From: Utricularia gibba
Lineage: Eukaryota > Plantae > Magnoliophyta
Length of the DNA: 64,000 bases
NCBI GenBank assembly: GCA_002189035.1
Contig: NEEC01000014.1
Coordinates: 992,001 to 1,056,000, forward strand
Reading direction: 5' to 3'
Shown here: positions 28,682 through 38,590 of the stretch, in pieces
Numbering within the stretch: position 1 is the stretch's first letter
Layout: each line of letters begins with the position of its first letter
Made by a program: the position numbers and the translations under genes
The notes under the pieces: generated by a model
What the model was told of the DNA's origin: nothing
Database searches by the model: none
The model's input: only the letters and a program-made list of their open reading frames with translations

Positions 28682-29469
28682 CTGGATACCTCCGGGCATG
28701 CACTCATTCATACTCTCTGATATAGGTGATATTCAAAAAATGAAATTTGCAATCCGGATTCTGGTAAAAATTTATGCACAGATTTTTGTGAATGATTATG
28801 GAAAAACAGTGTCTTATAAATACTTGATTCCAGATTTCACAATGAAATATGATATCACGGTAATATGATAGTCATAAAATATTAAAAAATAGTGTATTCA
28901 ATTAATTTAATATTTTATAAAATTTATAATTGAATAATAATACTTTTTATATTTGAAAAAGCAATAAAATGATATGCTGGTAAAAAGGATCAAACTCTTG
29001 ACTTTTTGCCACATAAATAAGCTATAGCTAACTAGGTTAATATATGTGATATTGCATCATATATTGAAGTATTACGTATCTCATTCGTTACACCTAAAGT
29101 ATTTTTGTAATAAGTACCGAAACCTTAATTTAGGTTCTATTTATTTTAACTTTTTAAAATCATTTCTTTTCCAAAAAAAAAAAAACTGTTAGATTTGTAC
29201 TGCTTTTAATTTGTAGAAGTATTTTAGGAAAAAGAGTTGAGAACTTATGATAAAAGAGATGCATATATTACGTTATTTAATTTTAAAATAGAACTCGTTT
29301 ATATTTGATAATTAAATTCGTGAATAAACAATTTTGATGTCCAACACCATGGTCTGAAAGCAATAAAATTCCATCCTTTTCGAATTTCACAATTGATGCT
29401 AATGTCGCATCTGCCTTGGGATTTCAATGATTGGTCGATCATAGAGCCGATTTGATGAAGAGTTTAAAC

Positions 29470-29580
29470 GTGAGATGAACGGGTTCAAACCCAACCCGGA
29501 TTGGGCCATAGCGTTTACCGGGTACGGGCCCTACACTGACCCGAGAAAACGATTGGGTGACCCGTTTCCTCAATCAACTT
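29470..29580 (+). repeat. CRK-associated fold-back repeat, copy 3
   Basis: GTGAGATGAACGGGTTCAAACCCAACCCGGATTGGGCCATAGCG...GATTGGGTGACCCGTTTCCTCAATC; very similar to copy 1 inverted. Confidence 0.9.
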
Positions 29581-30354
29581 TAATAAATAATATTTCATGA
29601 ATTATTTATTATGGAACACAAAACCCTAGTGACGAGAGAAAAATCGAATATTCAGATTTGTAAAAGAATCCGATCATCTAGAAAAATAGCCAATGTCACT
29701 TTCTTTCGCACAAATTGAAACAAAAATTTTATATGTAGTATGTCCATTTTTTCATACAAGTAATCACTTTTCTAATACACCCGTAAATGACCTCACGATA
29801 TGATGCATCCCTTTCCTTGCTTTCTTTCAAAAATCCAATAATTTGTAATGGCAATACTTATGAGTAAACCCCCAAAATTTCATTTTCAATTCTTGAAATA
29901 CAAAATAGCCCTAATCTTTTAGAGCCTTACTTTGAAGTGATGTTAAGAAATTGGGTTTACTTGGGCTTTTATATTAGATTTTATTTCCTATTCTTTATCT
30001 TCAAACTTGATCGGGAACACTGATTAAAAGAATGCTTTAATATGTAATTAAATTAAAAATTAGGACTATTTAAATTTAACAAAAAATATATTTGTATTTG
30101 ATAAATAATCCATTAGATACACGTCAAACTTTTGCTCGTGCCCATAAAAAAAAAAGTTTCCCAACATTTTGATTCTATAGTGTTAATTTCTATTCATATA
30201 TAATGGACAAGGAATAATAATATATACTCGAAATTGAAAAAATATATATTTCTACGATAAATAAATTATATGGAGTATGTAAATTAAAAACCCTAATCAA
30301 AGGATAAAGACAATTGATTCCAATTGTGTCTGAATCAAGGAACAGGTGGTTAAG

Positions 30355-30425
30355 TGATGGCGTTGACTGGGTCCGGACCCTACATTGACCCGGGAAAAGG
30401 ATGGGCGACCCGTTGCGTCAACCAG
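30355..30425 (+). repeat. CRK-associated repeat, copy 4 (5'-truncated)
   Basis: GATGGCGTTGACTGGGTCCGGACCCTACATTGACCCGGGAAAAGGATGGGCGACCCGTTGCGTCAA. Confidence 0.8.
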
Positions 30426-30480
30426 CAATAATTTAGACTATTACCGTCTCATTTTTTATTTTGAATTGAAATAAGAAAAA

Positions 30481-30618
30481 CCCTTTGTCCCGGCCATTGT
30501 AGCACGTGTGTCGCCCAGGGCATAAGGGGCATGATGACTTGACGTCATCCTCACCTTCCTCCGGCTTATCACCGGCAGTCTGTTCAGGGTTCCAAATTCA
30601 ACGATGGCAACTAAACAC

Positions 30619-30652
<34 letters not shown>

Positions 30653-30768
30653 CCTTACGGCACGAGCTGACGACAGCCATGCACCACCTGTGTCCGCGTT
30701 CCCGAAGGCACCCCTCTCTTTCAAGAGGATTCGCGGCATGTCAATCCCTGGTAAGGTTCTTCACTTTG

Positions 30769-30820
<52 letters not shown>
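30481..30820 (-). pseudogene. rrn16: Nuclear plastid DNA insertion (NUPT): about 340-bp internal fragment of chloroplast 16S rRNA
   Basis: Reverse complement of the 16S 3' half (GGAATTGACGGGGGCCCGCACAAG...GCAACGAGCGCAACCC...CACGTGCTACAATGGCCGGGACAAAGGG). It carries plastid-type signatures (AACACCTTACGGCACGAGC, GTCTGTTCAGGGTTCC) and has sharp edges in AT-rich nuclear DNA. Confidence 0.96.
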
Positions 30821-31385
30821 AATAATAATATTCGTGAAAAACACAATGATTTGTCATTTTGCTAATCATACAGCAAAATTATTTTAAAAAAAGATACTTG
30901 AATAAAAAATTAATCAATTTTCTAATTCTAATAAAATTATCTCTAATAATATTTCTTTTTTTCAATTCCCTTCCTCCATTTTTGATTTCTCGAAATTTGA
31001 GGATAATAACTTCATCGCTCTCTTCGGACATTTCGCTTATTATTTACTTGTCTTTTTTCTATTGAGTGAATTATTTTCTCTTTTTATCTAATACATAAAA
31101 GAACAAAAAAATGTATATATGATTTTCATATTATTATAAATTATTTTTCATTATTTATTACAAATTACAAGACCGGGTGAAAGGTAGCATGCTATTGATT
31201 GTGTAGTAGCAATATGCATCAAATAAACAGACATATTCATTTTTAATAACGTACATTATTTTGTCTAAAATTCTCACCAACACAAAAAACAACGGCCATT
31301 TATGACTTGGGCTCCAGTCCCTCTTCGTGTTGAATATTTCCCTTCCAAATCCTCCCCTTAGCAGTCTCCTGCCTGCAGCTGAACC

Positions 31386-32579
31386 ATGGAGCTTCTTAAG
31401 GGATGCCACCTTTTCGTTTACTCATTCCTTTTCACAAAACTCCACGTTCATGTCTTTGTGGAAGCTCAGGATTTGCACGCTGTTTGCTCAGGGGCAACCT
31501 ATCCAGCTAACAGCGCGTACGACAGGAATCTTCAGTCTCTTCTCGGGTCTCTCCCTTCCGATTTGGGAGACTACGGTTTCTACAATTCCTCCGTCGGTGA
31601 AGCCCCGGATCGCGTGAACCTCGCAGCACTTTGCCGTGTCGACGTGCTGCCGGAAGCGTGCCGGAGTTGCCTGACTACTGCAACCCGAGAAATTGGTCTT
31701 GGCTGTCCCATGAGCAGGGGGGTGAACCTGTACCAAAACTTGTGTACCCTTCGCTTTTCGGACCATTCGCTTTTCGGAATTTATGATAATTATACAACAG
31801 GCTGGACTTTCCGGGACCTGGAGAATGTCACGAGCGTCCAACAGTTCAACGATGATCTTAACCAGCTGATCAGTGGTCTCCGTAACCATGCTGCTGAAGG
31901 AGGGCCGCTGATTAAGGCCGCAGCGGGCAATATGACCAGACCCGACTTTTCCATCATCTACTCCTTGGTGCAGTGCACACCAGGCATCTCGACTGAGGAC
32001 TGTAGATTTTGTCTAGAATGGGCGACCAGGCAGATTCAACCGTGTTGTAGTGGCCGCACTGGGGTGAGAATGCATTACCCCAACTGTGTGGTCATCTATA
32101 GCACCAGATCATTTTATAATTTGACGAGGATTCTAGAAGTTGAAGCCATAGCGACGGGAAGCCACCCACAAGCACCTCCCTCACCTGCACCATTGGCTCC
32201 GCCACCATCTCCGCCGCGAGGTCCTTTATCCATTAAATGCAATCCTGTTGCAGAGAAGGTGCGCTTACCTGCTGTTTGATTTGCATGCACAGGTAGGTCG
32301 ACCACAATTATCATACTCGTGGTGGTTGTTGGGGTGGTTGCTTGTAGCCTACTGGTGGGAGTTGCGGTTATCATCATCCTCAAAAGAAGGACCGACGAGA
32401 GACCGACGAGCCCAAGTAAATACTCTCTTTCTCCTTTGCAAAGCAGAGTTCCCGATGAAGCATTGTCGGATTTTTTTTATTTTTTATTTTTCCTCACAGG
32501 GCATGGACCAAAGGATTATGAGATTAGTGGCACAGGTGATGTACCCTCAACACCAGCCAGCAGAGGAGCTGGCAGATAA
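31386..32579 (+). CDS. Kinase-less CRK derivative (CRK-C): signal peptide, 2xDUF26, stalk, TM, ~37-aa tail; predicted 345 aa
   Basis: Exons 31386-32220, 32293-32415 and 32500-32579 join in frame using GT-AG sites homologous to those of CRK-B. Homology to CRK exon 3 ends near 32524 and the frame stops at TAA 32577-32579. No kinase exons follow. Confidence 0.8.
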
Positions 32580-33054
32580 GTTCACGTTCAGCAGGCTCCC
32601 CTGTTCGATGTGAAGATAATGGACCTGTGTGTTTGTATATGTAAAATAGACAAACAAGGTTTAGTCAGGTAAACCCATTTTGGAATCTCGTGGGCTATCA
32701 CTCCCAAACAACAGAAATTCACTATAAAGTCAGCACTTCAATACAGCAAATCCATGTTCTATGTACTAAATCCTAGCACTCACGCAAACACTCTGCCATT
32801 TGCAGTCTAGCACTCAACAGGTAGCTTGTTGCTTGATCAGACAGAATTTCCGCCCCCTCAACGCTTCTAGCAGACCACCGCATCGTCACCTTTTTATTTC
32901 TCTGCCCCTATTTCCGGGAGTCGTGTCCCTTAACGCAGGACATGGGAATCACCATGAGTTCCATCCGGTGCTCCTGATCCACCACACTTCCAGCCGCGAC
33001 CATTACTGCAATTCGCCCAGGCCAGAAGTGTTGTCATTCTCCTCCAACTAAACC

Positions 33055-34167
33055 ACGGGGCTTCTTCAGGGATGCTACCTTTTCGTTTTCTTACTTCTTT
33101 TCTCAAAACTCCACGTTCATGTCTTCATGGAGGCTCAGGATTATTTGCAGGCAGATTGCAGTGGAGTAACTTGTTGAAATTCATGATCTGATAGGTCAGC
33201 CGAGGTAACATGTGAAGACCAAGTACACAAGAAACGTAGATCACAATATAAAATATTAGGCTCAACCAATTACTTGTGATATATAGTTTCTTATATACTA
33301 GATTATTCCAATTTCCAATGTAACATTGTGTATTCTAACACAAACTACACACCAAACAGCTTGTACGAGAGGAATCTTCTGTATCTGGTGTCTCTCCCTT
33401 CCAAATTGGGAGACAATGAATTCTACAATTCCCCCTCGGTGAAGCCCCGGATCGCGTGAACCTGGCAGCACATTGCCGTGTTGACGCAGCCGGAAGCATG
33501 CTGGAGTTGCCTGACTACTGCAATCCGAGAAATTGGTCTGAGCTGTCCGATGAGCAGGGGGGTGATCGTGTACCAAAACTTGTGCACCCTTCGATTCTCA
33601 AACCAATGGCTTTTCGACATTTCTGATAATAGTGCAACAGGCAGCACTTTCTGGGAACAAGACAACGTCACGAGCGTTGAACAGTACAACAGCGCTCTGA
33701 ACTGGTTGATCACTGGCGTACTAGTGCTGGAGATTGTAAGCGGGAGAAAGCGCAGCTCATTCAAATCTTAGGAGAGTGCGGAAGACATGCTCAGCTTCGT
33801 AAGTTTTCTTTGCTGCAAAACCCCAAATCAAACTCCATCCTCTCTAAGCAACTTGTCGTTTTAGACGTGGACAAAGTGGGTGGAGGGGACGGTTGACGGC
33901 GTCATAGATACGATGCTGATGGCGGGGCCATCGCAGGTGGAGAGCATCATGAAATGCATTCACATAGCCTTGCTGTGCGTCCAAGAAAATGCAGACCGGA
34001 GACCAACAATGTCTGAAGTGGTTCTCATGCTTGGCAGCTCCCACGCCGCCATGCCCGATCCTCGGCGCCCTGTTCCTTCCACGCCAAGCACGTCGGGATC
34101 CGGAAGCCAGCAGCAAAATTTCAGCTCCAGGAATGAAGTATCCCACTCAAGCATTGATCCCCGGTAA
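33055..34167 (+). pseudogene. CRK pseudogene (CRK-D): start codon lost, insertion, large internal deletion, in-frame stop
   Basis: ATG changed to ACG at 33055; insertion at 33172-33342; ectodomain fused directly to kinase subdomain IX at about 33716; TAG in AAATCTTAG; last exon still recognisable. Confidence 0.93.
33172..33342. mobile_element. ~170-bp solo-LTR/TRIM-like insertion in CRK-D exon 1
   Basis: Absent from the paralogues. Begins TGTTG and ends TAACA(CA). Flanked by AACT at 33168-33171 and 33343-33346 if the 3' end is placed at 33342. No internal coding sequence. Confidence 0.6.
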
Positions 34168-34345
34168 CTGGATTCCTCCGGCCATGCCTCTCAGCTACCG
34201 CTACACTCATATTTCATTGATATCCTTGTGTTAATGCACAGATTTTATACAAAGCACAGCCTCTTTTGTACATCATAAATGTTTATATGAGAATCGATCA
34301 AACTGAGCCAATTCTTACATGTTTAGTGCCACGGCCGCTGAAACC

Positions 34346-34447
34346 TCAGATGGATGGGTTCAAACCCAACCCGGATCGGGTCATGGCGTTGACGGAATTC
34401 GGACCCTACGTTGACCCGAGAAAGCGATGGGGTGACCCGTTGCGTCA
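34346..34447 (+). repeat. CRK-associated fold-back repeat, copy 5
   Basis: CAGATGGATGGGTTCAAACCCAACCCGGATCGGGTCATGGCGTTGACGG...GATGGGGTGACCCGTTGCGTCA. Confidence 0.9.
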
Positions 34448-34933
34448 TAAAAAATAATTAATAAAAAAGATATAAAATATTATTATGAAATACAACACCC
34501 TGGTCACAGTTGCCAAGTGGCATCATCCTTGTCCCAAAATTTTGGCTACAAAGCAAATAAAAAACCACTATTATATAATATATATTATTGGCTTTTATAT
34601 TATATTTTGTTTCCCAAAATTTAAGTGGATTAAAAATTAAATTTTAAAATCAGAACTATTTACATTTTTATTTGATTATAATATATATTATTGTATAAGA
34701 GCACAAGGCCAACTTTTGATCATGCGTTTCTGAATATTTTGATTTTATAATGCAAATAAATATTTATAACATAAATAAATTATATTCAACCACCGTGTTA
34801 CTAAATTAAAAACCCTTATGATCCATTTTGTTAGATGGAAGAGAATTGATGAGCTTATTTTTTATTTATGATAAAAAAAAAAATTCCCAACTGTATGCCA
34901 GTTCTTACATGTTTGGTGCCACTGATAAACACG

Positions 34934-35037
34934 TCAGATGGACGGGTTCAAACCCGACCCGGATTGGGTCATGGCGTTGACGGGATTCGGAACCTACGTT
35001 GACCCGAGAAAGCGATGGGGTGACCCGTTGCGTCATA
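34934..35037 (+). repeat. CRK-associated fold-back repeat, copy 6 (about 390-490 bp upstream of the CRK-E ATG)
   Basis: Near-identical to copy 5, and the flanks are shared (TTCTTACATGTTT...CATAAAAAATAATTAATAAAAA). Confidence 0.9.
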
Positions 35038-35421
35038 AAAAATAATTAATAAAAACATAGATATAAAATATTATTTTACAGGTTATTATAAATTGATTTT
35101 TTATATATTAAAAGTATATAAATAATGTTTATTCTTAATTTTCGGAATTTATTTGTGTTAAATAAATTAAATAAAAATTCATTTATTTATTAGAAAAATA
35201 CAAGACCGGGTCAAAGGTCATGCTTTGTATTCATACGCCTCAAGTAAACATATTCGGCGTTTTATTTTTCCATATTTCTGGCCAGTGCAGCAAACCACCG
35301 CCATTAATGACTTGGAGCTCCTCCGGCGAGTTGAATATGTCATCGTGTCGTTGTCGTATGTAGCCTCCTGTACTTGCCTTCCTTTCCCTTCCTCCTCTTG
35401 TTGATCTGCTGCAACTGACCC

Positions 35422-37892
35422 ATGGAGCTTCTTCAGGGATGCCACGTTTTCGTTTTCTTGTTTCTTTTCACAAGACTCCATCTTCATGTCGTCGTGGAAG
35501 CTCAAGATTTGCAGGCTGTTTGCACCGGGAGAAACTACACAGCGAACAGCGCGTACCAGAGGAATCTTCAGTCTCTTCTCGGCTCTCTCCCTTCCAACCT
35601 GGGAGACTTTGGATTCTACAATTCCTCCCTCGGTGAAGCCCCGGATCGCGTGAACCTGGCAGCACTTTGCCGTTTCGACGTGCTGCCGGAAGCGTGTCGG
35701 AGTTGCCTGACTACTGCAAGCCAAGAACTTGTTCAGAGCTGTCCGATGAGCAGGGAGGCGACCGTGTACCAAAACTTGTGCACCCTTCGCGCTTCAAACC
35801 AATCATTTTTGGGGACTTATGATGCCGGTATATCTGGGTGGAATTTCTGGGAACTCAGCAATGTCACGAGCGTTCAACAGTTCAACGACGGTCTGAACCG
35901 GCTGATCAATGCTCTCCGTAACCGGGCTGTTAATGGAGGGCCCAGAATTAAGGCCGCAGCGGGTAATGCGACCGGACCCGACTTTTACATGATCTACGCC
36001 TTGGTGCAGTGCACACCAGACATCTCGAGGGATGACTGTAGAGTTTGTCTGGAATTTGCGACTACGCAGATAGCACCGTGTTGCAGTGGTAGTACTGGGG
36101 TCAGAGTGTATTACCCCAACTGCATCATCATCTATAGCACCAGATCATTTTACAATTCAACGAGGATTCTAGAAGTTGAAGCCTTGGCGACGGGGATCCA
36201 CCCACAGGCACCTCCCTCACCTCCACCACAAGCACCTCCCCTCTTGGCTCCGTCACCATCTCCGCCGCGAGGTCCATTATCCGGTAAATGCAATCGTGTT
36301 GCAGAAAAGGTGCGCTTACATGCCTTGCTGTTTGATTTGCAGGCACAGGTAGATCGACCACAATTATCATAATCGGCGTCGTTGTTGGGGTGGTTGCTTG
36401 TACCCTGCTGGTTGGAGCTGCGGTTATCATCGTCCTCAAAAGAAGGAAGATAAAGCCCCCAACGGGGGACCGACGAACCCCAGTAAATAATCTCTCTCTC
36501 TTTTCAAAGCATCGAGCTCTAGGGATGAAGCATTGTGCTTATCTTTTCGTCATGGAGCAGAGGATGATGAGACGCCGATTTCCACATCCCTACAGCATGA
36601 GTTTGATGAGATGAGGATAGCAACAGATAATTTCTCAGACGCGAACACGCTTGGAAGAGGAGGATTCGGGGCAGTTTACAAGGTTTTTTTAGCATTGTTT
36701 AATGAAAAATGTCAAAGCACATAGATCGCAAGTAACTTATTTCATGTTTTATACATAGGGAAAGCTAAACAATGGACAAGAAATTGCAGTCAAAAGGCTC
36801 TTCACAGACCCCGCGCAAGGAGATGCGGATTTCAAAAACGAAGTCACGGCCGTCGCTAGACTTCAACATAGAAATCTGGTGAAGCTGTTAGGCTTTGCAA
36901 TGCAAGGACCTGAGAGGCTTTTGATATTCGAGTATTTCAAAAATGGAAGCCTCGAGAAGTTCATCTTCGGTAATATTTCTGTTGAAAGAGCAGATCTCCA
37001 AAACTTTCAGGCGGTTTCTGAACAGGGCTTCCATGCTGACGTGCTTGCAGGTCTAGACAGAGACTCCCTCATCGACTGGGATGGAAGATACAAGATCATC
37101 AAGGGCATCGCCAAGGGTCTACAGTACCTGCACGAGGATTCTCGGCAGCTTGTCATTCACCGTGACCTTAAAGCAGCTAACATTTTGCTAGACGACGACA
37201 TGAACCCCAAGATAGCAGATTTTGGTCTAGCCAGGCTGGTAGATTCCAATGCAACCGAAGGAACCACCTTCAAAATCGTCGGGACACCGTAAGTTTCTGA
37301 TGCAGTTCCTCAACTCCTGATGCATATATATGAGAATCGAATAATGGGGAGGTGGCTTTTGAGTCTCCAGTGGATACATGGCTCCGGAATACAAAGAATA
37401 CGGACAATTCTCGTTTAAAACAGACGTGTATAGCTTCGGCATACTGGTCCTGGAGATTGTAAGTGGGCGAAAGTGCAGCTCATTCGTGGCTAAGGAGAAA
37501 GGGGAAGACATGCCCTGTATCGTAAGTTTTCTTTGCTGTAAGCTCCAAATCAAGCTCCATCCTCTCTAAGAAACTTGTCATTTTAGACGTGGAGAAAGTG
37601 GGCGGAGGGGATGGTTCAAGACATAATAGATCCGAGGTTGGGGGAGACGAGCTCCTCGCACATGGAGGGTACCAAGAAATGCGTTCACATGGCGTTGCTG
37701 TGCGTCCAAGAGCATGCAGAGCGGAGACCAACAATGGCTGAAGTGATCTTCATGCTTGGCAGCTCCAACGTAGCCATGCCCGATCCTTTGTACCCTGCTC
37801 CTTCCACGCCAAGCACGTCGGGATCCGCAACCCAGCCGCAAAATTTCAGCTCCAGGAATGAAATATCACACTCAAGCATGGATCCCCGGTAA
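35422..37892 (+). CDS. Cysteine-rich receptor-like kinase (CRK-E); all domains present but the exon 2/3 junction is altered, so functional status is uncertain
   Basis: Intact ectodomain exon, TM and kinase motifs. There is an apparent -1 shift near 36446-36460, and the CACAG acceptor used by the paralogues before CATGGAGCAG is missing (36541-36551). Confidence 0.85.
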
Positions 37893-38199
37893 CTGGAATC
37901 CTTCGGGCATGCCTCTCAGCTACTTCTACACTCATATTTCTTTGATATCCGTGTGTTATTCACAGATTTTATATAAAGAACAGCTTCTTTTGTACATCAT
38001 AAATGTTTATAGTCAAGGAGTGATTCATCATGTGCATTTGAGAATCGACTGGTTAATCGATCATCGAGGTGCAGGATCAAAGTGAAGAGAGTACTAACCA
38101 GTATAATCCTTGGAACAGAGTAGAAAGCCTTCCAAGCTTATATTCTCAAGTCATGGTGACACTGCAACCCGCTGTGTTTTCTCAGCTTGAAGGAAGTGC

Positions 38200-38330
38200 A
38201 TGCTATATCCAACCTTGAAGGCTGGTTTAGGATCATTGATGGAGAAAGCAGCTGAGAGACCCACGGTGGCTTCTGTTGTTCTCATGCTTGGAAGCTCATC
38301 CAACACCCTGACTGTTGATCTCAGGCCTGT
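38200..38330 (+). pseudogene. Degenerate remnant of a CRK last exon
   Basis: Translates YPTLKAGLGSLMEKAAERPTVASVVLMLGSSSNTLTV, resembling the CRK terminal DPTL...ERPTMASVVLML motif with the CIHIGLLCVQE segment missing. Confidence 0.6.
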
Positions 38331-38590
38331 GGAGGTTGAAAATGAACCAGCTCTAGGTAATGGTGACGCTACAAATTGGATATCTATCTGTGATTCGGAT
38401 CCTCAACATAAGGTGGAAACAGAGGTTAGGATCAATCACATTTCACAACCATGTTACAGGAGGGAACAAGAAGAAGAAACACAGCATGCCACATCGAGCT
38501 CAAACTGACAAACAATCTTGAAAACCTAGTAAAGAGAAGGAACTCAAACAACATCAGCAACACAAGTGGGAAATCAAATGCAGCACTCAG

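Noticed and set aside
29615-29635. Helitron 3' end (CTAG|T) after repeat copy 3
   Set aside because: Homologous positions in the other copies lack CTAG, and homology continues beyond it.
30481-30820. Functional rRNA gene or bacterial contamination
   Set aside because: It is only a 340-bp internal fragment, has plastid-type rather than typical bacterial signatures, and sits within continuous plant nuclear sequence.
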